Origin: Epiperipatus broadwayi
Taxonomy: Eukaryota > Animalia > Onychophora
Reading direction: 5' to 3'
Assembly (NCBI GenBank): GCA_028023455.1
Contig: JAQFVV010000010.1
Span: 11,656,001 to 11,720,000, forward strand
DNA length: 64,000 nt
Part shown: positions 14,360 through 27,199 of the stretch, piece after piece
Numbering within the stretch: position 1 is the first letter of the stretch
Layout: every line of letters begins with the position of its first letter
Position numbers and translations under genes: made by a program
The notes under the pieces: generated by a model
Databases searched by the model: none
The model's input: the letters and a program-made list of their open reading frames with translations, nothing else
Told to the model about the DNA's origin: nothing

Positions 14360-15560
14360 TATATATAATTTTCTTATCTTTTTATTCAAATTTCTTTTTA
14401 TTTTTTCAATATTTTTCTTTCCACATAATTTATTAATTTTATTTGGATAATCATTTTTTGTTGCCTCATTTATTTATTTATTAAATAAATTTCCCCCTGT
14501 CCATAAATTTATTTCTCTAATTACTCTTTTATTTGTGTTCAGGGAAAATTTATTTAAGGAAGAAATTCATAAGAGAATAGAAGAGACAATGAAAAATGAT
14601 TATCCAAATAAAATTATTAATAAATTATGTGGAAAGAAAAATAAAAAGGAATTTGAATAAAAAGAACGATAAGGAAATTGTAGCAGTCATAATGTATCAA
14701 AAAATATTTTTTTTAAGATTATGAAGGATATAAATAAGAAATACAGAAAGGAATATAATTTGTTTTTTAAACCAGTGTACAAAAAGAAATTTAATTTAGT
14801 AAATGTGATAAAATAAATAAAAATATGAATGGAATTCATATGATTGAGTGTTTAGATTGTAAAACAGACAATAGGAATTTATTGATGAAAAGAAATAGGA
14901 ATTTATCATATATAGGTACAACAAATAGTAAATTAATGCAAGGTTAAAACAATTGAGTGATGGAAATTCAAATGTTAATATACATATTTTTTGGACATAT
15001 AGATTTTAAGATAAGAATATTAGAAAAAGTAAAATTATATAAAGAAAGAATGATAAAAGAAAGTTTATATATAAAGAGAGAAAAACTTGTCTTAAATAGG
15101 ATGAATTATATAAAAGATTAAAATAAAAACAAATTTAAAATGATATAAAAAAGGTATTGTTTTAAAGTAATTGGTTAAAATTAAAAAGGACTAAAAGAAA
15201 GAAAAATATTGGTATTTTTTATATGTGTATGTAAAAAAAGAAAAAGTTTAGAGAAAAAAGAAGTAAATATGGATTATATAATGTAATATTTATGTAAAAA
15301 CGATGTATGACTAGATGAAAGGGAAATATTGTTTTTTTATGATAAGAGTGTATTTTTTTATGTATTGATTTTATTTGTAACAATAATGATATAAATATGT
15401 AATTTTATAGATTCTTGAAAATGACTACAGAAAAAAGTGGTCAAAATATTGGGTGTTTAAAGATGTGAATATGTATCTATGGTTGATAAGAAAAAATAAA
15501 GTTTTTAAAAAGATATTATAGTTTATAAGACATATTTTAAAGAAAAGTTTTCTTATTATA
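14360..15560 (+). mobile_element. Highly decayed Penelope-like element with a 5' inverted segment
   Basis: GIY-YIG remnant GIHMIECLDCK...YIGTTN (14830-14930). 14370-14460 is inverted relative to 14590-14665. A terminal HHR vestige has helix II GACTAC/GTGGTC at 15423-15442. Confidence 0.6.
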
Positions 15561-15639
15561 GTTGTTAAAAAGTTTACTAACTGCAGTAATAATGTTAAAT
15601 ATCATCAATAGTAGTCTGTCCAATAAACAGGTCCAGAGA

Positions 15640-18600
15640 GTAGTCACTACATCAGTTCATCCATCCATTCCATTCTCTTCCTTGCCCACTTCCTCAATTC
15701 CACATAACCCCTTCCATCTCGTATATCATCCAATAATGTCAATCTCTTCCGTCCTTTCTTTTTATTTCCACTCACCATTCCTTCCAAAATATCTTTCATT
15801 AAACTATAATCTTTTCTTAGTATATGTCCAATCCAGTTTCTCTTTCTCTCTTTGATACTTTCAATCAATCTTCTTTCCTCATTAACTCTTTTCAAAACTT
15901 CATTTGTTATTTTATTCACCCAACTGATTTTTTCCATTTTTCTCCATGTCCACATCTCTAAAGCTTCCAGTCGTTTCTTAATTCTATTACTCAATGTCCA
16001 TGTCTCACAACCATACATTAATACACTCCACACATAACATTTAATTAATCTTTTCCTTAATTCTCTTTTCATAGGTCCACAAAATATTCTCTTTTCATAG
16101 GTCCACAAAATATTTTCTTTCTTTTTACAAATGTCACCTTTGCCAATGCTATTCTTCTTTTAACTTCATCTTCACTTCTTCCATCCTCACTCAACCAACA
16201 ATCCAAATATCTAAATCCCTTCACCTGCTGCACCATGTCATCATGGATTCCAATTTGCAGTCTTTTTGCATCTCTCCCTATCCATAAACACTTAGTCTTT
16301 TCAATATTAATCTTCATTCCATATGCCATACATCCTTCTTCCAATTTATTCAACATATTCTGAAGATCCTTTTCTTCCTCAGCAATAAGAGCCATATCAT
16401 CTGCAAATCTTATACACTTTATTACTCTCCCTCCAACATTTGCTCCTCCACAGTCCAAATAATTATTTATCATATCTTCTAAATAAATATTAAACAAAAC
16501 AGGTGACATACTACATCCTTGCTTAACTCCACTTTCTATATTCACTTCATCAGTCTCATTACATCCAAATCTAACTCTTATTCTTTGCCCATTATACATA
16601 TTCCATATCAGTCGTCTTTCTTTCCAGAATACTCCTTTATCTCTTAAGATAGACATCAGTTTATTCCAGCTTACTCTATCAAATGCCTTTTCTAAATCTA
16701 CAAAACATATACCAATTCCTTTATCTCTTTCAATATATCTTTCTGCAATTGTCCTAACAATACCAATAGCATCTCTTGTGCTTTTCCCTTTCCGAAAACC
16801 AAACTGTTCTTCAGCAATATAATAGTCAACCTTCCCATAAATCCTTTGAGTTAAAATCCTCAATAACACCTTAGAAACATGAGACAATACACTTATTGTC
16901 CTATACTCTTCACATTTAACAGCTTTCTTCTTTTTAGCAATTGGAATCACTATAGTTCTTAAAAAATCTTCAGGCCAAACTCCACTATTATATATCAAAT
17001 TGCAAAGTCCAACTATTTCCTTCATAGTAAATTCTCCCATTTCTCTCAAAAATTCTATAGGTACTGCATCAAATCCAATAGCCTTACCATTCTTCATTTG
17101 TGCGATTGCCTTTCTTACTTCATCTGGCAGTATGTCCATACCTCTATCATCCATTGCAACATCTTCATTTTCAAGTTCATAACTAATTAAATTATTTCCT
17201 CTACTAAACAGATACCGAATATATTCTTCCCATCTTTTTAATATATCATTACTATCGGTTAACCTTCTTCCATTCTTATCCGCAATCTCACTTGCTACCC
17301 ATGTCTTTTTCTCCCAAGAAATACTTTGTATTCTATCAAATGCTAGATCATATCTTTTCATCTGTTGAAACCTTTCTATCTCTTTACATTCTTGCTCCAA
17401 CCACTTTTCTTTTTCTAAATCTGTTTCTCTTCTTAATTCATTATTAAATTTCCTATATTCCTTTTGCCCTTCCTCAGTATTTACATTCTTCCACCATCTC
17501 CGCACTTCCATCTTTTCCAACATACCTTCAGTTATCCAAGGTCTTTTAGCTTTTCTCGCATGAATAATACCTATTTCATTTTTTGCTATTTTCAAGAATC
17601 CCTCTTTTCCAACACTCATCAGAGGTATTAATATAGTTCCCACCCTGAACAATTCTTTTAAATTCATTTTCACATATTAAACCAATTTTTCCTTTTTCCA
17701 TTTGTCTCAATTTATCCAAGTCCCATCTTGTGTATCTTTTCCCTCTTTTAATTCTTTTTAAACTTAACTTTAATTTAGCCATCACCAAATTATGATCCGA
17801 ATCTATATCAGCACCTGGAAAAGCATGTGAACCCTTAACAGCATTCTTATATCTATTCTGAATCGGTATATAATCAATTTGATAACGTTCTTTGTTACCT
17901 GGAGCTTTTCATGTATACAATCTTCTAATATGATTTTTAAAGCAAGTGTTTGCAATGACAAACCCATTCTCTTTACAAAATTGTACAAGTCGACTACCCC
18001 TTTCATTTCTTTTTCCAATACCATAATTTCCAACAATTTTCTCTTCCCTACCTTTCCCCACAACAGCATTCCAATCTCCCAATAGCAATATACATGCGTT
18101 TTTTCCTTCACATTGAATACTTTCTTCTATCTTCTCATACATTTCATCAATTTCACTATAGTTGGCATATAAACTTGTATAATTACCAAATCCCTAGGAT
18201 TTGCATTTATTCTCATCACCATCAGTCTATCATTAATACCATCAACCTTTGCCACACTATTCCATATTTTCTTCCTCACAGCAATGCCATCTCCATTAAT
18301 TGACCTATCACCACCTGAATAAAACAACTTTACATCTCCACTACTTACTTCTCCACATCCCTCCCACCTCACTTCACTTAATTCCATTACATCAATATTA
18401 TTCAAATGCAACTCTCTTTTCAAATTCTCCAATTTCCCACCTTTCCTCAAAGATCTAACATTCCATGTTCCAATTCTCAGTGTAATCCCCTCTCAATGAA
18501 TTATATTTATGAGGATTTCGCAGGTTGACGACCTGAGTAGCCTCATGTCCACTCCTGCCAGGCAAGACACCAAAGTTATTCTTAACTAAGGTCTCAACAC

Positions 18601-19010
18601 CAAATGTAATGATTCCTGTAGACATACGCATAATAAAACAAGGGAATTATAAGACAAAGTGGTTTCCCGTTGCCTTCTTTGCCCAGCAATAACCTCTATA
18701 ATAGGCTTAGTGCGCTAGCCAAATCCCATAAAATGAAAATCCAACTACCGCTTCCTCCTCATCATTGTCACCTCTAGTGATCTTCCGCTGACTTGGAAGA
18801 AATGCCGTTGCTGACCCAGCACCTAGTGGGTGTTGACCTATTTAATGGCGGTCAACACTCGCCATTATACATCCACCATCATAGGAATTGTGGCACTTTA
18901 TAGAAGTAAACATGCCACTGTCTCCACCACTTCCTGATAGTGAATGTTGTCCCATTGTCAGCGACTGCTTATTTACAGTACTCTGCTTATTCGCAGCTAA
19001 CCTTCATACT
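15640..19010 (-). mobile_element. Near full-length RTE-clade LINE (AP endonuclease plus RT), frameshifted
   Basis: EN motifs IGTWNVRSL, ELSEVRW and LLGDWNA. RT motifs EEQFGFRKG, FVDLEKAFD, GVKQGCSMSP and RFADD. C-terminal MYGCETW...WIGHILR. The 5' UTR has the RTE-typical GGCAACGGGAAACCACT. Split over at least 5 frames. Confidence 0.92.
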
Positions 19011-20729
19011 AGTGTGTCTTTTTAGTATATTAATTATACTTGAATTTAAATATAACTAAAATAGTGATTTACATACAATGTAATTTTAGGGCTTTGATCT
19101 AAGTTTGAGGCAACTATTTTATAGACATAATGACTCAAAAGGTTTAATAATTTATTAGTACGTATGTCTATGTAATAAGTAATTATTTTTTCTGCATCTA
19201 TACAATCACACTATTATTGAGCAGTGTAATGTAGATTTTAAGACTGATTATCAGCTGCACAGAAAGGTAGTTAATGAAGTAATCACAAAATTTACTGGAC
19301 AATGTATCATGTGATAATATAAATTCCAATAGAGATTTCAGAATGGTATTTGTATAGTGATAACCACAATGGTTATGTATACCACATGGAATTGTATTAA
19401 ATCCAGATTCTTGCCTATGCCTTGATACTCATGCCATGCAGTTAGCAGTTTTGTCACATCTTGCATCACATTATTTTTAAGTCTACAGCTAGCAAATGAG
19501 CTATATGCAAATTATGCATCTGTAGGACAATAAATATAAAAGACTATCACTGGTATGCACAAAAAATATAAAATGAAGAGGATACTCATTTTATTTTTGA
19601 TACAAACAGTGGCATTCAATTTCTAGTTTTTAATAGATAAGCCAATTGCTATTACAAATGCACACTCACTGATATGTTATTTTCTACCATTTTATATATA
19701 TGTGTGTGCATATATTCTATTTTAATAAAAGTGCAGTTATAAAAATATTTTAAAGTAATAAATTACCTTTGAAATTGTTTTAAAGGTTTTTTGTTAAAGA
19801 AATTATGATTTCTTTATTTTATTAATTTATTATAACTCAAGATAAAAATAGATTTTGAGATTTGTTTTTTTTTTTAAAAAAAATTTTTTGTAATTCTTAG
19901 AAAAACATGGGTTGGGGGGAAATTATAGCTTTTTACAATTAACTCTACATACAAAAAGTATTTGTAATTAAAAATATTGCTAGAGTCTATTGCACTAATT
20001 GAGCAAGAAGTCTTTCATTAGTTAAAAATTTGAGAATGAAATGACAGAAATTAGAAGTGTCAAAATGTATCTAAAGATAAACTGAAAAATGTGAATCTGG
20101 TTCATGAAAAACATAAATCGATGAGCTTGCTTTTGTTTAAAAAAGGGAAAAATCTCCAGAGCATTTGCTAAATAGTGTTATTAACCAGTGCCAAGAAAAT
20201 GCTCTTTACCTAGAGGACATGGAGAACTTTACCCTTGGGGAAAATACATTTCATAGACACTGGAGCCATCTGAATTAGTGCTAAATATGGAAAGAATGAC
20301 TTCAATAAGCTGGCAAGGATATGTCAAGAGACAGGGGACAAAAAGAATTCATGCCAGCAGTTCAAGACTGAAATTATATATGGACAATACCCACTTGATG
20401 AAAGTGAAAATTCTGATTGATCAGGGGAAATATGGACAGTTACTTAAAGAACTTTTATTCTAATTGGCATAATAGAATTCTAGACTCCATTAACTGAATT
20501 AGTTGTACATGGAAGTTTCAACAATAGAATGTGGGGGTTTAAGAGGGATTTTTTAATTTTATTTTAGTTGAATAAAGAAAAAGATGGTATGGTGTTATTT
20601 TACTAATTCATTAAAATTATGTATAATTTTAATTAATTTTATTATGTTGAATGTTTATACAGTTTAGAGTCCCAAATATTAACTGCTTGATCTAAAAAAA
20701 CAAATAGAGTGGGGGTAAAGTTCAGTTAA

Positions 20730-22138
20730 CTTCTTTGCTGTGAGTTAATTGTACAATTTCCTATTGGCCTAGTGAATTAAAGTTCTACAGTTTTGATTGG
20801 TCAATTACAGAATGAGCAGTAAAAATATATTCATCTTTTAATATATTCATTTTAGTTTTGTTTGTAAAAAGCAAATTAATAATTTGTCAGAATATGAAAG
20901 TGAATGAAAGTTTTTTTCAAAAATAAATTTCTATTTATAATTCAAAAGAATGTTCATAACATATTAGAAAATGTTGAATACATCTGATTTTCTTTCTCAA
21001 TTTACATTACTGTAAAAGTAAAGAATTTTTACTAAAATCTTAATTTCTTTTCTAAAATAATTATATTTTCAGCATGTTTTATCAAAATAATTTATAATAT
21101 GTAAAAACAAAAAATATTAAAAAACCACTCTAAAACATTTTCATTTTCAAAATTAAAACAAAGTTGGAGCAGTGAAAATTATTGACAGGTGCTCTTTTGT
21201 TGAAATGAGAACCAACCAATTAGCATCTAGGAAAGTCTGCCTTCTCCCATCTTGTAGCTTCAAATTATGATATTGATTTTTTACTTGTAAAATAATTTGA
21301 GAGAGGGCAGCATCTTGCGGTACGTTTTAAGCTTTAAAATGAGCATAAAAATATGATAATGTAAACCCTGATGGTTTTAGATTTGTTAAAGCCATCAACG
21401 AGTTTACATGGGGCAGTCAGTAAACCAGTTAATCTTTTAGATGTAGAAACTACAATTAGATGAGTGAGTTAAAACTCTCAGAATCACAGAATTAGAAATA
21501 AAAATATATTTATATTTTAATATTAAATTCATTTTAGTTTCATTTGTAAAAAGTATATTAATAATTTGTCAGATTATGAAAGTGAACAAAAGTTTTTTCA
21601 AAAGTAAATTTCTATTTATAATTATAAAAATATTTGATAGTGTAAGACCTAAAAGAAAGTTCGTAACAAATTTAAAAGTATTGCAACATCATTGATTTCT
21701 TTCTCAATTTTACGTTGTGTAAAAGTAAATAATTTTTTACTAAAATCTTAACTATTTTTCTAAAATAATTTTATTTTCTGCATATTTTATCTATATAATT
21801 CATAATAGGTCAAAAAATATTTTTAAAATGATCTAAAACTTAAATTTTTAAAATCAAAACAAAGAAGTTGGAGTGATGAAAATTATTGACAGGCAGTCTC
21901 TTTTGTCCTTAGCAACAATCAATCGGCACCTAGGAAAGACTGCCTTCTTCCTTTGTTAAAACTTAAATTTGAATATTATGGATTTTTTACTTGTAAAATA
22001 ATTCTAGAGAAGGCAGCATCATGTCGTATTTTTTTAAGCTTTAAAATGACCATAAATTTACTATGGTAATGTAAAAACTGATGGTTTTGGGTGACCAGAA
22101 GCTGTGTCCATCTATGGCCAGAGACTTCTATATAAGGG
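20730..22138. mobile_element. Tandem pair of ~700-bp piggyBac-like non-autonomous units inserted at TTAA
   Basis: TTAA at 20726-29, 21429-32 and 22139-42. The right end is ...AAGGG|TTAA. The homologous LTR has a single empty TTAA at 24986-89. Confidence 0.6.
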
Positions 22139-22969
22139 TTAAGAGTTCTGACCATAAGCAAACAGGAATCTTATATTGGAACCTGGTTTATATAAAAGGG
22201 ATGCTCACTGGCTGTAAGCAAATAATGGACACTCTCCATCTATTAAGGGATTAAATATAATTATTTAAAGTGAAATGCAGAGGGTTTGAGTGGTGCATAA
22301 TACTATTTATTTTTATTAATAAGATGACCTAAAGTTCACACCTATTTGGACAGGCCTCCAGAATAAAGCTGGATTGCTGTCATTCGTAGACTTTGTGCAG
22401 TGCATATTCCATCAGGAAACAAATTGTTTATTTTTGAATCATATTAAAAAGAAAAATGAATTAAAATTTACATTTCTCTTTTGTCTTAAGTTTTGGATTG
22501 GGTCAGTTGGAGTGCTTTAAAAAAGGGAATTGGAAAGATGATATTAAAAATGAATATAATAAATATTAAAGCCATACTTAAGTGCCTCTGTCTTTAATTA
22601 ATTTATAATGTTAACAACTAAGTGTCCTCTGGTTCAAACAAAGTATAATTAGAATTAGTGTAAGATTTCACCAAATTTTGTGAACCAATATTTAAAATCA
22701 CTGATGGTTGAAGATTCTTTGCAATCTAGTGCTAGGCTATATGGCTAGTGGTACCCTTGTACTGATCATTGTAATTATGTTAATCTTAGAAATTTTGTGG
22801 ACAGTATCAATTTGTAGTGGCACATAGGGAAGAATGGGAATCAGAAAATGGCTTAATGTGGGCCTGCTAATGTAGTGAATGGCCTGAGGAGAGTTAAGAA
22901 TTAGTTAAGGGATGTTCGGGTGTTGACAGGAAAGGGAGATAGTGTTCCATGGGCAGAGGTTTTTGAGAT

Positions 22970-24006
22970 AATTTTAAAATGAATGAAGACAAAAGCACAA
23001 TAGAAAACCCTGAGTGATGTCAGCTTGAAGAAATATTGAAAGCTATAGTTGATCTAAAAGAGATAATAGAGATAGCAAAGAAATTAAAGATGAAAATCAT
23101 GATTGGAGATCTGAGAAAGGATGTGAATGAGTTAAAAAAGAAAGGAAAAAAGTAGAAGTGGCAAAAGTAAAGCTGATGGGGATTTAGTAAAAGCTGATCC
23201 CAAAGTTAGAAAGGATATAGAAGAGCAAAAGAAAGGAATGGAAATGAAAACAGCTCATAAGGAAAATGAGTATGAAAAGAAAGACCACAGGAATAGATTT
23301 GAATAAAATAAATATGGAAATAAATAATTTGAATAAAATAAATATGGAAATGATGCTTAACAAAGGAGAGGAGGCTAATCCAGAGAGGGTTGCATTATAA
23401 AAAATTATACTAATCAAGGGGAATGGGGAAGAAAACCCATTTGATTATTTGTATAGTTTGCATGATTTCTTTTATGAGAAGGAAAAAATTTTCATAGGTA
23501 CAAACCATTTAAGTGTTCCTGCCAGGAATGGTTGAAGGTGATAGAATATAGCCTGCAAATGTTCCAGGAATATAAAATGATCCTGAGGAGTTTCTGGGGC
23601 ATCAAGAAACAGGAGGCAATCCACATGCAGATATCAGGAAAAGGATGAGTCAAAAAGGAGAAAGTTATAGACAGTTTTTCCAATATCAAGTTACCAAACT
23701 CAGCACTTGAGGCTTACTTACCTTATGGATCAATGCTGGATTGTGATGATAATAAGGTATAACCTTCCAGTAGGGGTCCAATGCAAGCTTGCTGAAAACT
23801 ACAGGTCAATAGAAGAGGCATTGGAAATGTTGGTCAATATGGAATATAGTGATCCTGGGAATGTGAAGAGACTAAAGTTCGGTGAAGGAATTAGAATGAA
23901 CCCCCATTTAGGACCAACAAAAAATCCCAAGAAACGAGAGGGGAAAAGACCAAATGGAATAGTTAGTTTTTTTTTTCATTTTTTATTTCTCCCAAGAGAG
24001 GAGTAA
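22970..24006 (+). pseudogene. Ty3/Gypsy (Arc-like) gag capsid remnant
   Basis: Joined across frameshifts: KGNGEENPFDYLYSL, EWLKVIEYSLQMFQEYKMILRSFWGIKKQEAI, QKGESYRQFF and IIRYNLPVGVQCKL...SIEEALEML. Confidence 0.75.
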
Positions 24007-26850
24007 TGAGATGGTATTTTCTGTCATATGTACATATATTTTATTTTAATAAAAGTACATAGTTATAAAAATATTTTAAAATAATAAATTACCTTTGAAA
24101 TCTTTTTAAAGTTTATTTTGTTATCTCAAAGAAATCAAGATTTCTTTATTTTATTAATTGTTTTCATTAAAAGTTTTTTTATTGTAATTCTTGAAAAACT
24201 GTGGGTTGGTGGAAATTATAGATTTTTACTATTAACTATTGTTAAAACATAAGATAAAAAAGTATTTGTAATTAAAAATGTTAGAATCTATCTTGTGCTA
24301 ATTGAGCAAGAACATTTTTATTAATTAAAAATGCAGTGAGAATGAAAGGCCAGAAATTAGAAGTGTCAAAATGTATCTAAAAATAAACTGAAAAGTGTGA
24401 ATCTGGTTTGTGAAAAACATAAATTGTGGAGTTTGTTTTTGTTATAAAAAAATCTCCAGAGCTTTTGCTAAATAGTGTTATTAACCTGTACTAAGAAAAT
24501 GTTCTCTGGCTAGAGGACATAGAAAACTTTCCCCTTGGGAAAATACATCTCTGCTATGCCTGGAGCCACCTGAGTGTTAAATATGGAAAGAATGAGTTAA
24601 TAAGCTAGTCGATATGTTGAGAGCCAGTGGACAAAAATAAAGGATATCAGCAGTTCAGGACAAATTATATATATGGACAGTACCCACTTGATGAAAGTGA
24701 AAGCTTATTGATCAAGGTAAATATGAACTATTATTTAAAGAACTTTTATTCTAATTAGCATCATAGAATTCTAGAATCCATTAACTAAGTTAGTTGTACA
24801 TAGAAGTTTCAACCTTTAAGACAGATTTTTTATATTATTTTGGTTGAATAAAGAAAAGGGAGGTATGGCGTTACTTTATTAACTTTTATTCATTAAAATT
24901 ATGTATAATTTTATTATGTTCAATGTTTGTACAGTTTGGAATTCCAAATGTTGGAAAGACAAATAGGGGTGGGGGTAAAGTTCATTTAAGAGTTCTGACC
25001 ATAAGCAAACACATAGGAATCTTATATTGGAACTTTGTGTATGTAAAAGAGATGCCTGATGGCTGTAAGCAAACACCAGACACAAGTGCCATCCATTAAG
25101 AGATTAAATATAATTATTTAACATGAAATGTAGAAGGTTTGAGTGGTGCATGGTACTGCCCATTCTTATTAGTAAGTCAACCTAAAGTTCACATCTATTT
25201 GGCCAGACCTCCAGAATAAACCTGGATCACTGTCATTTGTAGGTTTTGTGTGGCGCATGTTCCCTCAGGAAACAGATATAAAACATTTAATTATGAACCA
25301 TATTAAAAAGGAAAATGCATGGAATTAAAATTTACATTTCTGTTTTGTCTTAAATTTTGGATCGAGTCAATTGGAGTGTTGTGATAAACGAAATTGGGAA
25401 AGCAGTTAGCATTTAAAATGAATATTATAAATATTTAAACATTACTTAAGTGCCTCTATCTTTAATTCACTTATAACATTAACAACTAAGTGTCCTCTTG
25501 TTCAAACAAAGTATAATTAGTAGAGTCCGCATAAGATTGTCTTAAAATGTATTGTGACCACAATACTTAAACAAATTACCACTATGGTCATTGAAGATTC
25601 TTTGTGATCTAGTGCTATGCTGTATGCCTAGTGCGCCCTCATACCAGTCATTATAATTATGGTAATTTAGAAATTTTGTGAACAGTCGATTTATAATAGC
25701 ACACCACCTTCTGGAAATTATTTAAAGGGGAATCTTTTATTAATATGAATCTTTTTTTTTCTAGATGCCTTGAAATTTTTTAACTCTTGGGGTACAAGAT
25801 AAAAATGAAGAATTCTTATGCTACTACTTTTGTAAGTTCTGAAGCTATGGATTATCTCAGTTAAGAAGTATTATATATGATTTGCATGATAATTTTGTGA
25901 GGAATACAACAAATTGTCAATGAAGATGCTATTTTAAATTTAGTTAATGATAAATTAGAAATTATGAACAAACAATAAAGTAATAATTTTTTCAGATATT
26001 GAAATTTTTTTCCCTTGTGTTTTTAATGGTAATCATTACTTGTCTTAGCCTTATTTTTTTCCTTAGTTTTTCTAGTTTCTATCAATGTAAAGCTTTTTTC
26101 TCTAATAGTGTTAAACTTAATGTTATTATGAAAATTGTCTCAAAGCAATATTTTAAAAATTCAGTATGGCACAACATCCCGAAAGGAATAAATATGAGAA
26201 AATTAAATATGTTTGTAATAAAAATAAAAAATTTCTATAAGACAAGATTATATGTTGAGGAAGATATTATTTATTGCTATATTGTTAAGCAAATGAACGA
26301 TGTGAAATGTTTTTTCACCCTTAAATTTAAGTATGTACTTGTTAAGACACTTCAAATATGTGTATGTTAAGTTTCTGCATAAAGTCAGACTTATCTATCA
26401 AAATATTCAGATGTATGACTAAGTCACTGATAAATCTTAGCATTAGAAATGCTAATTTATTATTACCCTTAAAATGATTTTGTCTAATATCACACATCTA
26501 TAGGCATGTTACAAGCTCAAATGAATCCTATTTGATAATCTGTGTATCACCAAACTGCACAACTTAAAGTTAGAATTAAAAAATATTTGAGAAATAGAAA
26601 GTAATTGGGTAATGAAAGCAGTTAGCAAATATTGAGTAACTATAATTTAATATTTTTAAATATCTCATATGATTTAAAGATAATAAATTCTTCTAACCAT
26701 ATTGGAAATAAGTCATTATAGAAGAAAGCATTTTAATATCTCTAGTTTTATTGTGAATGGTGATAAAAATAATGTTTTAAGACTAAAATGTAGTGTTTCT
26801 TATGTTAGTCTTATTGAGTGAAGAGTGAAAGAAAGAATGATATAGATAAA

Positions 26851-26962
26851 AAAAAATTTTTTTCATTTTTTTTTCATATGTCAAAGCATCGGCCGGGATG
26901 TGAACCTGGGACAACTGCTTAGTAAGGCGGCTGTGCTGACCAATCGGCCACCAATGCTTGAC
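26851..26962 (-). mobile_element. tRNA-derived short SINE, copy 1
   Basis: Minus strand GTCAAGCATTGGTGGCCGATTGG...GGTTCACATCCCGGCCGATGCTTTGAC plus an A-tail. 10-bp TSD TATAGATAAA at 26841-50 and 26963-72. Confidence 0.8.
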
Positions 26963-27199
26963 TATAGATAAATATTTGGAAACGGAGTAATGAATTTTAA
27001 AAATATTCTATTCAAATATGTAATTTAGTAAGGGATTATATTTAACTGATAAATTTGTTCCCTGATTTTCTACTTCACTAATACTGGCTTAGTATTTTAA
27101 AAGAAATGAATAAAAGACAATATAATGAATAAATGATATGCAAACAAAATAAATTTAAATCAAATCTAAGAAATGTAAAAGTAAATAATATTTTAATAT

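Larger units (their letters stand above)
19670..25690 (+). mobile_element. Non-autonomous LTR element: two ~1.7-kb LTRs flanking a decayed gag only
   Basis: Diverged direct repeats 19670-~22810 (interrupted by a 1.4-kb insertion) and 24007-~25690 both start TGA(T/G)ATG. A purine tract AAGAGAGGAG precedes the second. The internal ~1.2 kb encodes capsid motifs and no pol. Confidence 0.65.

Noticed and set aside
18505-18575. Possible HDV-like ribozyme in the RTE 5' UTR (ATGAGG/CCTCAT enclosing a CAGGT/ACCTG hairpin and CGAAA)
   Set aside because: No room for P3, L3 or P1' between the helices, so the HDV topology cannot be built.
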